Part shown: in pieces, positions 37,911-51,219 of the stretch
Layout: the number at the start of each line of letters is the position of its first letter
How positions within the stretch are numbered: the first letter of the stretch is position 1
From: Eledone cirrhosa
Taxonomy: Eukaryota
Direction: 5' to 3'
Assembly: GCA_964016885.1 (NCBI GenBank)
Contig: OZ024745.1
Location: forward strand, 41,044,001 to 41,108,000
Length of the DNA stretch: 64,000 nucleotides
The notes under the pieces: model-generated
What the model was told of the DNA's origin: nothing
The model's database searches: none
Seen by the model: only the letters and a program-made list of their open reading frames with translations
Made by a program: the position numbers and the translations under genes

Positions 37911-40900
37911 TTACAGACACATACTCAGAGTAGGCCCATTCACTCGGGCCATACTTGCTTCTCTCACACATCTTTCAACAAAATTCTGGGAAGAGAGCAC
38001 TTCCCTCTCTACCCTGATTTTCCTTTTCAAATGAAATTTGAAAAAGTTAATCAGGGCATCACCGAAGAGGTAAGTGCTCGTCTTCAGCCCTTTCAAACGT
38101 GTCCACCATACTATCTCTTTCGCCATGGCCACCAGACAGATAAAAACTGCCTGCCCTTCCCGGCTAAAGGAAGAGGGCAGGGTAATGCTCACGATGGACT
38201 CAGTTGATAGCTGGATCCGTCCTACACGTGACAGCACGTGTTCGACATAAACCCACAAGTCAGCAATGCTCAGACACTGGACGAGTGCGTGCAGGACGGT
38301 TTCGTCGCTCTGGGCGCATCTCGGACATGCCCGGCTGACGGCACCTCCATGTCTTTAGAGTTTATCCCGAACTGGCAAAGCTCCTCGGTAGCACTGCCAG
38401 GCCAGGGATATCTGGAAGTTATCCATAGGCCCCGGCCCGAAAGTCCTTCCGAAGAGATTGGCTAGTTGATTGGCTAGTCGACGCCTAGAGTATCTCCAAG
38501 TACGTCGTCGCTCTTCCCCTCCACTAATCCTCTATAGAACGCCAAGGTAGAGTTTCCACCGATCACATTGCCCGATTGGTCGAGGGCTGTGAGCGCCTGA
38601 AGACATTCCAGTCTCCAAGCGCTCCCTTTCGGTCTTCGCTTGACCCAGGACTGCAGTTCCGTCAAGGAGGCGAGCTGGGGAAAGACGTGTCTAGCAAACG
38701 GCGACCACACCTGATCACCGTCGAGGAAGAGGTGGAGGTGTAGCCTGAGCGCCTGTCTGCACATCATCAGCCACGGCAGGCTCAGCCCTCCACGTAGCGG
38801 GTGTTGACAGCAGATGGACCGCCTGACCATCGGAGCGCGTCCCTTCCACAAACAGCGAAAGAGCAAACGCTCCAGCGCAGTCAGGCGGGGCTTAAGACAG
38901 GCTACGACGGTCAGGCGGTAGTAGATGACGGACGCGATGTACGCATTGGCCACCTCCGCTCGACCTTTCAGGGATAGCTTCCTCTCCGCCCATTTCTGGG
39001 TGAGAGAAGCCACCCTGCACGTCACCTCGTCCCAGTTGTTGTCCGTCTGGAGGTCCGCCCCGAACCAGACCCCTAGCAATTTAACCGGTCCGTCCGTCCA
39101 GCGCCCGACGAAGCTGTTGGACGGCATGGACCTGCCTCTCCAGGTGCCGAGCTGCAGGCCCACTGACTTTTCCTGGTTGATCATTGCTCCTGTCACCGCT
39201 TCGTATTCTCTTAGTGAAGTGCCGATCGCCTCGATGTGTTTGGCGTTCGACACCACTACGGTGACATCGTCCGCATATGCTGACACGGATCTTCCGCATC
39301 CTAGTTCGCGCGGGACCCCCCTCAACGTCTCCATTTTGTGCAGTAAAATCTCGAGAGTCAATACGTACAAGAGGGACGAGAGGGGACATCCTTGGCGGAC
39401 CGAGCGGATGATGTTGAACGGTTCCGAAAGGTGACCGTTCACTCTCACCACAGAGCAGATGTCGCTGTGCATGGCAGCGATCCAGCCTCTGAAGACGGAC
39501 CCAAATCCAACCGCCCTCAGGACTGCCGCTAGGTCACGATGGTTGACCCTATCGAAAGCTTTCGACTTATCCAAATTGATCAAGGACCCACCCGTGCCAG
39601 GTTCCCTAGCTACCCTCTCTACGATGTATCGCATGAGGTGGAGGTTGTCGTGGATGGATCTGTCGGGAATGGCGCACGTCTGTGCCTCTCCCACCAGACC
39701 ACCAACGACAAGCGCCAACCTCTTTGCTAGCACCTTGGCCAAGATCTTGAACTCTGTGTTTAGCAGAGTTATAGGCCTGAAATTATCTATGTTATCCCCC
39801 TTGTTCGGATCCTTTCTCAGCAGCGCCACAGCTCCTCGGCTCACAGAGCTGGAAATTCTCCCGTTCTGTTGCCAGTTGCAGTAGACGTCCGCCAAGAGGC
39901 CTCCGAACAAGTATGGCATCTGTACGTAAACTTCATAGGGCAGACCATCCAAACAAGGCGATTTACCCCTTGTGCAGCCAGTCATTGATTTCCGTACTTC
40001 AGCGCCTGTTATCGGCTTTTCGCAACACTCCTCCTCAGTGGCCGAGAGCCGCGGCAGTCCGTCGAGGTAGACACTAAAGTCCATCCCTCGATCCGGCCCG
40101 CCGCTGCCCCTGAACGGCTGTGCGAAGTGTCGCTGAAAAGCTTCACACATTTGCCCGGGATCGAGTAGCATTCACCCGTCGTGGTCCACCAAAGACCGGA
40201 TCGTGGCTTTGTTGCCACGATGCGCCTCCGCCACTCGGGCCCATTGAACGGCTTTCGTCCCCTAGTGTCTGAGAGCACGCACCCTAGCTCTGCGAACGCA
40301 GCCTTCGTGCTTTGCATTGAAGAATTGGTCAAGGGCCAATTTCGCCGCAAGTACGTCGGTCGCGATGCCTTTGCTAAGCGCCTCGTCTAATTTTCTAACT
40401 AATTCTCCCTCTGCTCTATTTTTCTCTATTGCTAAAGACTTACTAAACCTAATGGACTCTATTCTAATTGCTCTTTTCAGAGCACACCACCACTTGTTGT
40501 TGACGATGGCCTCCACCAACGCCCGCTTAACTAGTTCGCTAATCCGGTCTCTGTAGGCCTTGTAAGGACGCGTTTAGCTTCCAGTAGCCGGGTCCTCGTC
40601 TATGAAGCCTATCTAAGTCAAGCACACAGTTCACGAATTTGTGGTCTGTATAGCTCACTATCTTGAATTGTGGACAGCCTATGCTAGACCTATCAATTTC
40701 CCTACAAAATACTCTATCTAGATATGATCTGGATGACCCTATGCGATTTGTCCAAGTCCACATTGGCACATTCGGGAAATCCAATCGGTACCTGTCAGAC
40801 AGTTCAAAACGCCTTAGCAGGTTGGTGAGGCTCTTGCACCCTCCTCCCCTCTCCGCTGATCCCACATAGTCCCAGTGTGCATCTAAGATCCCGTTCCAGT

Positions 40901-41323
40901 CGCCCACTAACACTAAAGAGCGGGAAGTTCCAAGAAAGGTCTCCAGACGCCGGAAGAAATCAGGCCGCCCTGCTCCTGTCGGGGCATAGACGGCCACTAG
41001 CCTGAAGACTTTCCCATCTCCACTGGTCACGTCTAACACCACCAACTTACCTTCCGGGTCCAGGAAGATGGCTCGTATGGCGAGATCCAAACCTCTCCGA
41101 AAAAGCACAGCAACTCCCCCTCCCCCGATCCCGGACGGCTGGGAGATGCGTACACATCGTAGCCGCCGAAGATCGGTGCGAAGGCCCGTGCCTCGGATAT
41201 TCTGGTCTCGCTGATGGCCACTACATCTATGTTTAGTGACCTGAGGTCGTTGAGCAGGTGGCCCTGCTTCCATGTCGACCCCAAGCCACGCGCATTTATG
41301 CTGCCTATTCTGAGTGAGGTCAT
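37911..41323 (-). pseudogene. LINE ORF2: AP endonuclease, reverse transcriptase, C-terminal zinc finger (frameshifts and stops)
   Basis: MTSLRIGSINARGLG, VAISETR, LVAVYAP, LVGDWNGILD, SYLDRVF, YTDHK (APE); KSPCLDGLP, NFRPITLLNTEFKILAK, LDKSKAFDRV, SVRQGCPLS, YADDVTV (RT); CPRC...ETVLHALVQC. Confidence 0.92.
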
Positions 41324-41357
41324 GTTGAAATGGAGTGGAAAAGATGGGAAAGACCAC

Positions 41358-43287
41358 TTACCTTTCTTCTTTTCGCAGAGGAAGGATGGTTTTACCATCC
41401 CTTTTCACTTGATCGTCTGGTGAAGGGACCGTTGGATCGCCCCTTCGGCTGGTCGTCGGCTCTTCTGTGAGTATATTCGAATATACCCTCCGGTTGAGTG
41501 TCCCTCCTAGGTCTCTGAAATCACCAACTACGTTGGGGAATTTCGTTTTAATGTTTGTGTATTGTTTCTGTGCTATTTTTACCAGTCTTATGTTAGTTGG
41601 TGTTTTGATTGGTGCTGGTATTATGTAGTCGTGCTGTGAAATGTCTGTGTGTTCAATTATGTAAGTCATTAATTTCTTGTTGTGTGTATTTATTGCTGTG
41701 CATTTGTTTTTCTGGGGGTGGGGTGTTTGTTCTGCTATTTTCTTGTCGTTGTTGCTGGGTGTGTGTGTTTTGTTGTGTTTGCGATGTTGGTGCTTGTGGT
41801 GGTGGTTTTGAAGGTGCTGTTGTTGTTGGCGGTGGGGTTGCCGCCGGTGGTGATGGTGCTGCTAGTGTGCGTGGTGATGGTGTTGGTGGTGTAGCTGCTG
41901 TAAGTCTTTTTGCAGTAGCCTTTACCATTTTTTGGTTTCTTTCCTTCCTTTTCGAAGGCGACGATTCGCTGCTTCTGCGTTTGAGCCTTCTTGCGACCTT
42001 TTGCCATCCCTCTTCCACCTCACACTCCATGTCCGATTCTGTGAGGTCGGGGAGTGGTACCAGTTCCACTCTTTCACTTGCTTTTGGTGATGTTTGCAGT
42101 GGAGTCTTCGATCCACAGCGAAAGCATTTCGGGCGTTTGCCCTCAACACTTATAGGCAGTTCAGTGTCGTTATTGAAGTCTATCACATCCGGGATAGCTT
42201 CGATGCACTCCTGGTTGGTTTGGATTAACATCTCAATGGAGGTGCCGACCCAATCTTCTCGTACTTTTTTTCTGTACTTGCAGTACAGTTGTTTTGTCCT
42301 CGATTCCGACGAGGACAGACGCGGCCAGCCAAGAAGGGGCCATCCCGGGGGGGGGGGGCGTTATCAGTTTGACTCTCACAATCTTTTGTCCGCAGTAGGA
42401 GGGCACCAACACCATTTCCTCGCTGCTTAGGGTCACTAAGGTTGAGCCTTTGCCTCCTTGTGTGTGGCAAATAGCACGTCCACGGTGGCATATTTCTTGC
42501 CTCGGGTGATATGCGTTTTCCGCTGCCACACAGACCCTAAGGCTTTTTGTATTTGAGCCTCTGTGGCCCTTTCAACCCTACGGGATTTTGTGCTTACTGT
42601 ATGGTACGTGACCGTACAGTGCTGTTGGGTTTCGAAACATCTTTCGGCTGCCTTGCAGATTGCTCGGTGACCGCTTTTCGTCACCATCTTTGCTTCCTGT
42701 AATTCCTCATTTGTTATAAGGATGGTTTCCAGGTTCTTTGCGATACCTGCAAACGAGATTGGTTTTTCTTTGTTGTTGTTGGTGTTGTCGTCGTCAGAGC
42801 TGCTGTTACTTTTGTTGTTGCTGCTGGTACTACGACTGCCGCCGCCGCTGTTGCTGTGGTTGTTGTTGTTGTTGCTGTTGCTGCTGCTGTTGTTGTTGTT
42901 GTTGCTGCTAATGCTGTTGTTGTTTATGCTGCTGCTGATGCTGTTGCGGCTGCTACTGTTGTTTTCCTTGTCACTGTTGCTGCTGCTGCTGTTATTACGG
43001 CTGCTACTGCTATTATTCATGACGTCAGACGAATGAAATGGGTTTTCGTATTTACCGCACACCTTTTTCGTCGTTGTCGTCGTCGTGGAGAAATTTTCCA
43101 CGTTTTGCACGTGATTTAGGGAACTATTTTTCTTTACTGGCGTAGCTTGCGAAAGAGAAGGGAGGGAGAGAGACACATTTAGAGAAGGGAGGGAGAGAGA
43201 CAATCTTCTCTCTGGTGTAGTGACGATTGAGGAAGAAGAAGACGGAATGAGTGGGAGTGACTTGTGAAAATTCTTTTTTGTAGCCAT
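41358..43287 (-). pseudogene. LINE ORF1 (low-complexity N-terminus, RNA-binding region, partial zinc knuckle), frameshifted
   Basis: ORFs 42436..43287, 42233..42529, 41653..42231 (VEGKRPKCFRCGS) and 41358..41669 in series upstream of ORF2. Confidence 0.75.
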
Positions 43288-43512
43288 GTTTTTTTTGGTT
43301 TAAAATAAATATTGGGCACAAAACCCCAATAAGCGGTTATTTAACCCCGAAGGGCCAAATAACGGGCAGAAAGACCCCTCTCACGAGGAGGAGGGTGTTT
43401 TTGTCTACAATTTGGTTAAAGTTTTAAACAATTTACAATTGTTATAGCGGTTAAAATTTACAATACCTTACAGAGCCGAGCTCCGTCAACCATGGCATTC
43501 AACAATAATAAT

Positions 43513-43940
43513 AATTGTTTCTACTTTAGGCAGAAGGCCAGCAATTACCCAGAGCATTACTGGTACTATAAGGATTTCTAAGTTTATCAAAAGGCCAGCA
43601 TTTTACAAGAAGGGAAATTCGACGATATTAAACACAGTATTTGACTGGTGTTTTATTTTATCGAGGCCTGAAGGATGAGTAACAGAATTGACATTTGAGC
43701 CAGCAGAAATATATTTTACCTTTACACTCCATCGATTTTCTCATTAGACTACGTAAATGAATAAATAATGATAATAATTATTGTTTCTACTTTAGGCGCA
43801 ATCGACTTTGAGGGAGGGAACAGTAAATCGGCCCAAGTTCATTACTGGTGCTTTATTTCATCGAGCGCGTAAGGATGAAAGGCAAAGCTAACCTCGGTGG
43901 AATTTGAACTCAGAACGCAAAGGCCATAACTCTGTGTTGA
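43513..43940 (-). mobile_element. cluster of SINE fragments
   Basis: Three partial matches to the SINE tail and body. Confidence 0.7.
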
Positions 43941-43954
43941 AATATATTGATAAT

Positions 43955-45560
43955 AATAATGATTGATTTATTGGTCACAGGGCTAGACGTATAGGGAACA
44001 TTACAAAAGACAGAGGGGTACACGAAAAAATCGAGTAAAAAGCGAAGATAAGAGAAATAAGACAAGATTTCCGAATAGGTGTAGTACCTTTCAGGGGTGA
44101 CTCAGTAGGCCCACCTTTCTTAAACCACTCTACTCTAAAAGAGCAGCCTAGGAGGGCACCTATATCTTCTCCAAACTAGCCAGGAAACAGGTGCATGTGC
44201 AAAGTAGGCCCATTCACATGGGCCATCCTCGCCACATTTTAGCAAATGTACTAGGGTTTCAGCAATTCTCTCCCCACCCTTACCTACATTTTTAAGCGCA
44301 ATTTGGTCGATGAGAGCTTGGCAGGAATGTGTCAGTGTTCAGAACTTTCAGCCACGTCCACCCCACAATGTCTTTCACTACAGCCACCAGGCAGAGGAAA
44401 CGTAACTGCCTTCCCTGGCGAAAAGAATGCGGTCGTGCGATATTCACAATAGGCTCGGTGGGTAGCTGCATCCATTCTACACGAGATAATAGCTGTTCGA
44501 CAAAACTCCACAAGTCAGTAATGCATGGACACTGGACTAACGCGTGCATCACTGGCAAGCCCGTCTGATTACATCTCCGTGCATATACAGTTTATCTAGA
44601 ATTGACAGTCTCCCTACCTCCAGAAGCACTGCCAAGCCAGGGATTTTTGAAAGTTGGCGATAGTCCCCGGCTAAAAGGGTTCTCCGCTCAGTTTGATTTC
44701 ATCGTACTTATCCAGCAATAGTCCTTTATAGAACTCTGGGACAGAATTTCGACTGACCGCATTGCGCGACTGGTAGAGGACAGTGACTGCTTGGCAACAT
44801 TACAGACGCCAGGCGCCCAGTTTCGGTCTTTTCTTGACCCATGATTGCAGCTCAGTCAAAGAGCTGTCTCACAAACGGTGACCACACCTGTTCAACGTTT
44901 AGAAGTACTTGGAGATGCCGCATCATCAGGCACAGCATACTCAAGCTCCCACATAGAGAGTGATGGCAGCTGGTGAACTGCGTTAGCAACAGAAACTGTT
45001 CATTCCAAAAGAATTTGAAGGGCTAGCGCTCCAAATTGGAGAGGCACGTCAGTCTGGCGGTTATAAAGGACGGACTTGATGAATGTGTAAGCAACCCATA
45101 CCCGTCATTTCGGGGATAGCTTTCCCTCGGCCTATGTCTTTGTGAGAGTGACTAACCTGCTCGTTACCTCGTTCTTACTCACCTTAAAATCTGGTCCTGA
45201 GAAGACCCCGAAAAACTCACAGCTCCATCTGTTCAGCGCCCGGCGCCGCTGTTCAACGGCATGGATTTGCCACTCCAGATGCCGAGCTGCAAATCCACTG
45301 CCTAGCTCCTCTCAAACTTTCATATGTCTCTAAGTTGGCAACCACATCTATTTCAACAATTTTCAAAGCTCTCACGGTGATATCGTCTGCATACCCCGAC
45401 GTGACCTTTCCGTGTCCAGATCCAAGCGTGATTACCTGCAAAAACTCCATCTTCTACAATAAATGCTCGAGAGTCAATACGTACAGAAGAGAGAAGAAAA
45501 GGTAATTTTGTTGGACCGAACGTGTGACCTGGAAAAGTTCCAATAGGTAACTGTAGACGG
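43955..45560 (-). mobile_element. older 5'-truncated L1/Tx1 copy
   Basis: SGYADDITV (45253..45450); HALVQCPCITDLWSFVEQLLSRV (44292..44558); 3' AATAAA then (ATT)n. Confidence 0.85.
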
Positions 45561-45914
45561 AGATAAAATGGGGTGTATATATTTCTTTAATAGATAGTAT
45601 TTTGCCACTGAGTGAAAAGTAAACACTATTTTAAACCACATCAAAGTATTTCTGAGAGGGGAGAAAAGGATGAAGGCCTGAGAAGCCTAGAAACTAATCT
45701 GATTATTGACAATGTTTCTGTCCACGGAGATATAAGAGCTGTAGGCTTAACCGTTTTTGTTAGATGCTCACTTCAAGAAAAGCATTAAGAGTATTATCTT
45801 ATTAATATACATTTTATTGCAAATTACCAAAACATAAACGCGTGGAGTCAACTATGAATTAATTATATGGTAATAATGATAAAACAACAACAATGATGAT
45901 GATGATGATGATAA

Positions 45915-46105
45915 TAATTGTTTCTACTTTTGGCAAAAAGCCATCAATTAACCCAGTGCATTACTAGTGCTTTATTTTATCGACCACATAAGTATGAATG
46001 GCAAAGCTAACGTCGGTGGGATTTGAACTCAGAACGTATAGGGTGATAACTCTATACTGCAAAGCATGGTGTCCGATGCTCTACCGATACTGCCAAACCA
46101 CCTCC
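45915..46105 (-). mobile_element. SINE copy
   Basis: Matches consensus. Confidence 0.85.
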
Positions 46106-46398
46106 CTAATAATAATAATACTGATGATTATCGTGATGATGGGGATGATGATGACGACAATGCTGAATACGATGGTGATGATGAAGAAGAAAAATACCAT
46201 CTTGTAAATTAATAGCCACAAACTGAAGATGCAATAAATAAAATTTAAAGAAAATGCAAAATATTGGTTGAGGGATATATATTATATATATTATATATAT
46301 ATTATATATATTATATATATATATATTATATATATATATACACACACATACATATGTATATATATATTTGTATATATATATATATGTATATATATATG

Positions 46399-46451
<53 letters not shown>

Positions 46452-46461
46452 ATATATATAT

Positions 46462-46513
<52 letters not shown>

Positions 46514-47131
46514 AGAGAGAGAGAGAGATAGTGAGAGTAGAGAAGAAAGAGAATTGGAGATATTAATAGATAAATGGTGAAATATAAATTGATGGTGATA
46601 GAGAGAAATAGTGGTTGATTAAGAGAGATAGAACAGATAGTGAAAGGAAATGTTTAACACAATGGTTTTAAATCGGTCATATTTCCTTCCTTCCCTTCCG
46701 TTTTCGGAAGGAAATAAAGTTAAATTATACGAGATACAATGGTGGTTTAGTATGACCAAGGGATGATAATAACATTGGGAAAATAGCTCTGACGTCGTTC
46801 GTTTGTAGTGTAATGCTATGTTTATGTATATGAGACACAAAAATAGGCACACAGAGAGTGAAAGAGAGAGAGAGAGCGGGGAAGAAAAAGATGGAGTGTA
46901 GGATTTAAATAGTTTGTGTAGGATCGCTAACAAAAGCAATCTTGAGGATCGATCGATGTTGCACCATTATTGTTGAGATTGACTTCACTTTATGGTTGAC
47001 TCGACTACCATTTACCGATTTTAACTTCCTTTAGTGTTCCTCTCGTTTAATACGATACACAACCACGGATATGTAAACGTGTTTGTAATATATATATATA
47101 TATACATACGCGTATGTATATATGTATATAA

Positions 47132-47172
<41 letters not shown>

Positions 47173-47336
47173 TATATATATATATATACGCACATGTATA
47201 TATATATATATATATATATACATGTGCATACATAAATACTAATAGAGAAAAAGAGAGAGTTTCTGAATATTCAATAATACATGGCTATATTTAAAGTAAT
47301 AATAGCTAAGACGGTAATAATTATAGCAATAATAAT

Positions 47337-47521
47337 TGTGTCTACTTTTGGCACAAGGCCAGCAAATACCCAGTGTATTACTGGTACTTTATTTTATCGA
47401 CCCCGTAAGGATGAAAGGCAAAATTAACCTCGACGGGATTTGAACTCAGTCCGTAAAGGGACGTAACTGTGCTGCAAAGCATGGCGTCCGACCCTCTACG
47501 GATACTGCCAATCCACCCCCC
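47337..47521 (-). mobile_element. SINE copy, full length
   Basis: Matches consensus; TSD TTATAGCAATAATAAT. Confidence 0.9.
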
Positions 47522-47829
47522 TTTTATAGCAATAATAATGTTCTTTGATTAACGTACAAGGCGAACGATTTTGCAAAGCGGAACGTCGACTAAATCTGCT
47601 CCAGTGTGTTACTGGTTCTTTATTTTAGCTATCCCGTAAGTAAGGTCTATTTCTAACTCGAAATTTGAAAGCAGAACTTAAATGACCGGCTGAAATAACA
47701 ACAGCATCAAGAATAAAACTCAAAATCATCAATAACCACTCAGAAATATAACAATAATAATGAGAGTAAGGACAATTTGCCAATCTCTCTTTCTCTCTGT
47801 GGCAAAGCAAAAAAGACAATAACAATGAT

Positions 47830-48110
47830 TTCAAAGGAAAAGCCTGCACTAGTCTCCTTCTCGAGTCGACCTTACCAATTAGTTTTCATGGGTGATCTGA
47901 AGCTCTTTGGCCGGAATAAATGTCAGGTTGACTCACTCGTCATAACTGTCAACTAATGTTGCAGGGACATTGGGATGGAGTTTGGTATCGCAAGGTATGC
48001 CACCTTGGATATGAAAAGAAATAGGCATGTACACAGTGGTGGGATTGGGGTACTTATGCGAGTCAATTGATGACCCGGAGGATAATGGGTACAAATATCT
48101 GAGAATATGT
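47830..48110 (+). mobile_element. RT fragment of an R4/Dong-like non-LTR element
   Basis: LVFMGDLKLFGRNKCQVDSLV...DIGMEFGIARYATLDMKR...GYKYL. Confidence 0.7.
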
Positions 48111-48207
48111 AAGAAAATGTGATGGGAAATTATTTAAATATGTTAGAAGAGTAATTAAGTAATAGTAGTTTTTCTTAAAAAGATATATTCAAAAAAATAT
48201 ATTCAAA

Positions 48208-48243
<36 letters not shown>

Positions 48244-48973
48244 TATTTCATGCTATTTTATATATAAAGAGAGATATAGAGGGAGAGAGGGGGGCGTAGT
48301 AATTCTGTATATACATGTATTTGTATGTGGGAGGGGCATTCATACACATATGTATATACGCATCCAAAAATATATATTTGTATGCAATTGTATTTATTTC
48401 TGCGAGTGTGTGTTTGCATGTACTAACAAGGTATCTTCACATATCTTCGCCATATAATGAATATTTATTGGCTACTCAATAGTATATATTATACGCAAAC
48501 ATTATGCAATACGCACACATACACACGAACACACACACACCAACATGTATACAGGCGGATATGCATACATTGGCACGCATACAGAAATACAGATATTTCT
48601 ATACATTTACTCACATTGAAATACATTCACCCATACGCACACATCTGTACGCATTCATGCTTGCACAAACATACAATCAAGAACTCACATGTACACCTTT
48701 ACACATCTTCTTTATTGCAAACAGAGGAATGTTCATATTTATATTTTCACACATAACGGAACTTATGTTAATCTATTCTCATCTATTGCAAAATACATTT
48801 TTCTCTTCTTTTTTGAGAAAAAGTTTCCATAAATCATTTGCTGTTGAAGTTCCACCAGTGGCACTGCGTTCATTGTTTTAGATGTGGGAGTAATTTCTGC
48901 AAAGTTGAATAACCGAAAGTGAAAATAATTGTTTTTGAAAATAGTGTATGTTTATTTAAATATATGTGTATAT

Positions 48974-49051
<78 letters not shown>

Positions 49052-49052
<1 letters not shown>

Positions 49053-49725
49053 AATATAGATTCAGCGATCGCATTTCGGCGGGCCGGAAAGGCGAAGCTA
49101 AACGCAAAAATCAGATATGATACTGGCAAAGTGCTCAATAGTTGAAAAACCAGAGTTAAACAATGTGTTAGGATGCCATACAAAACTGAAAAGGTGGTCA
49201 AGAAGGTATTAACCACCCAAGCCAAAAGCCAAATCAAGCTAAACAGGTCAAAACAAATAAATGATAACCAGACCTGGACTCCCGGAATTGCTGTTAAAAT
49301 CCGATGTAGAGTTTCTTTGACACCTAAATGAAAATACAGTCTGCTTAAAAATATAAGCTTTGGGGATAACGATCGAACAAGGAATATCACGTTGTCAACA
49401 GGTATTTCGCTCTGTGCCAAATAAGTGAATGACACGGTGGTATGTTAAACCACGTGTGGAAATCACAAGGGGAATGACCCCAGATTTTGGCAAAGTAATT
49501 CAGTAAGTGTATATCATGCAAAAAATAGGATAAATAGCACAAATCGAATAAGTTCTTAACCCGGTAGAAATTATTAACAAGTTAATTGTAAGACACGGGA
49601 GATTAATACAAATAAAGATTCAGCGAGAATCGCATTTCAGCGGGCAGGAAAGGCGAAGCGAAACGCAAAAATCAGAAATGATACTGGAAAAGTGCTCAAT
49701 AGTTAAAAAACCATAGCTAAACAAT
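49052..49725. mobile_element. element with ~115-bp direct terminal repeats inside (TA)n
   Basis: 49052-49164 is repeated at 49610-49725. Confidence 0.6.
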
Positions 49726-49775
49726 ATATATATATATAAACCAGAGCTAAACAATATATATATATATATATATAT

Positions 49776-49962
49776 GAACATGTATGACCCCGAAGGCAGA
49801 GCTCAAGCCGTTTCGACGGCTATTTCTGGATGGCTATTTCAGTCCAGAAATAGCCGTCGAGACGGCTTGAGCTCTGCCGTCGGGGTCATACATTTTCCTA
49901 TTACCGACTCTACTACCCTAAGTATTGAGTACTCTGGTGCGTTATGATCCAACTTCTTCGTT
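49776..49962. mobile_element. mini fold-back of the 21985-24260 PLE family
   Basis: Arms 49776-49830 and 49843-49900; tail 49901-49962 is homologous to 21985-22065. Confidence 0.8.
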
Positions 49963-49970
49963 ATATATAT

Positions 49971-50002
<32 letters not shown>

Positions 50003-50142
50003 TTAAAAGTTAAACAAGGTTCAATGAATAAATCAAAGAATGGGTTTTACAATAGATTGGAAGCACTCAACAGTTATGGTTTTCCAGAGATATTAATATT
50101 AATTCAAAATATTAACAAAATAGATATTCTTGTGATCAAGTA

Positions 50143-50209
50143 TATTTTATTATACATATTTCAGAGGTACTGAGTTAAGTTCAACAGTACGTCTTCATCA
50201 GATAAAATA
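50143..50209 (-). ncRNA. type I hammerhead ribozyme
   Basis: Minus strand TATTTTAT CTGATGA AGAC GTACTG...CAGTAC CTCT GAAA TATGTA TA ATAAAATA; the copy at 51374-51440(+) has core CTGCTGA. Confidence 0.75.
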
Positions 50210-51028
50210 AGATGACGCATGACATACCCTGACATAGATGGTTTTTTAACAATATTTTCAGTAACTTATTTATTATATTGTATTATTGTATTATGTTATG
50301 TATATTTGAAAGGTATCACCGTAAGTCTTTAGACAATATAATCCTTGAGTATTTTTTGATTAACACATATATATAATTTAAAATTCAGACTTTTTAAGTT
50401 TAATTATAAGGCCTGTTGATCCTTTAGGCACTCAAATTGTTAATCATAAATTCTTTAATAATTATAACTATAATTATTTTATAAATTATATTATATAAAC
50501 TGTTGTCAATATTATAAATAATTTTGGTAAAGTTTACCTTCGTGAGGTTATAAAAACATTATAAAAACATTATATATTTTCTTTCTCCTGTTTCGTAAAT
50601 CCTTTAAATTTGATTTCATAAAATTTGAATTTTAGAAATTAAACTTGATAGTATACTATAATATTAATACCTATTAACTTTTAAAACCTAAAATATTATT
50701 CATTACTCTGAACTAACTTAAATTAAATATTTTGAATATTAACGGTCAACCAAATAAGTTTAGATATATATTGTATATATGGATAATTGTCTATAAACTT
50801 GAACATAAATTATTCCCCTTTGTCTCTCTCTCTCTCTCTCTCTTTAATCATCTCTCATTTGTCTTCCGAGGCACCTACTAACTATATTATCCCATCAGCT
50901 GTTTCTTCCTCTATGCTTTCCTTTCTTTCCGCTTTCTTCAGTAATTTAAATTTGTTAACTGTTATATTGATGCCATGTATTTTTTAAGCTGTATTACACG
51001 CCCCCTCTCTATTATATATTATTATATA

Positions 51029-51219
51029 GGGCGGTGGATTGGCAGTATCGGTAGAGGGTCGGACGCCATGCTTTGACGCATAGAGTTACGGCCCTTGCTA
51101 TTCTGAGTTCAAATCCCGCCGAGGTTAACTTTGCCTTTCATCCTTACGGGGTCGATAAAATAAAGTGCCAGTAATACACTGGGTAATTGCTGGCCTTGTG
51201 CCTAACGTAGAAACAATTA
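51029..51219 (+). mobile_element. SINE copy, full length, close to consensus
   Basis: GGGCGGTGGATTGGCAGTATCGG...GAGTTCAAATCC...GTAGAAACAATT; TSD ATTATTATATA. Confidence 0.92.

Larger units (their letters stand above)
37663..43500 (-). mobile_element. near full-length L1/Tx1-clade non-LTR retrotransposon
   Basis: ORF1 and ORF2 (APE-RT-CCHC) on minus strand; 3' AATAAA then (ATT)n; (AAT)n at both ends; GC-rich relative to flanks. Confidence 0.92.

Noticed and set aside
38925-43119. Plus-strand ORFs over the LINE (e.g. 38925..39434, 41609..42430, 42722..43036)
   Set aside because: Antisense shadows of GC-rich or low-complexity LINE ORFs.
51029-51120. SINE heads (also 61430-61500) as tRNA genes
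   Set aside because: A/B boxes are present but there is no proper cloverleaf; they continue into SINE body and tail and are multicopy with TSDs.
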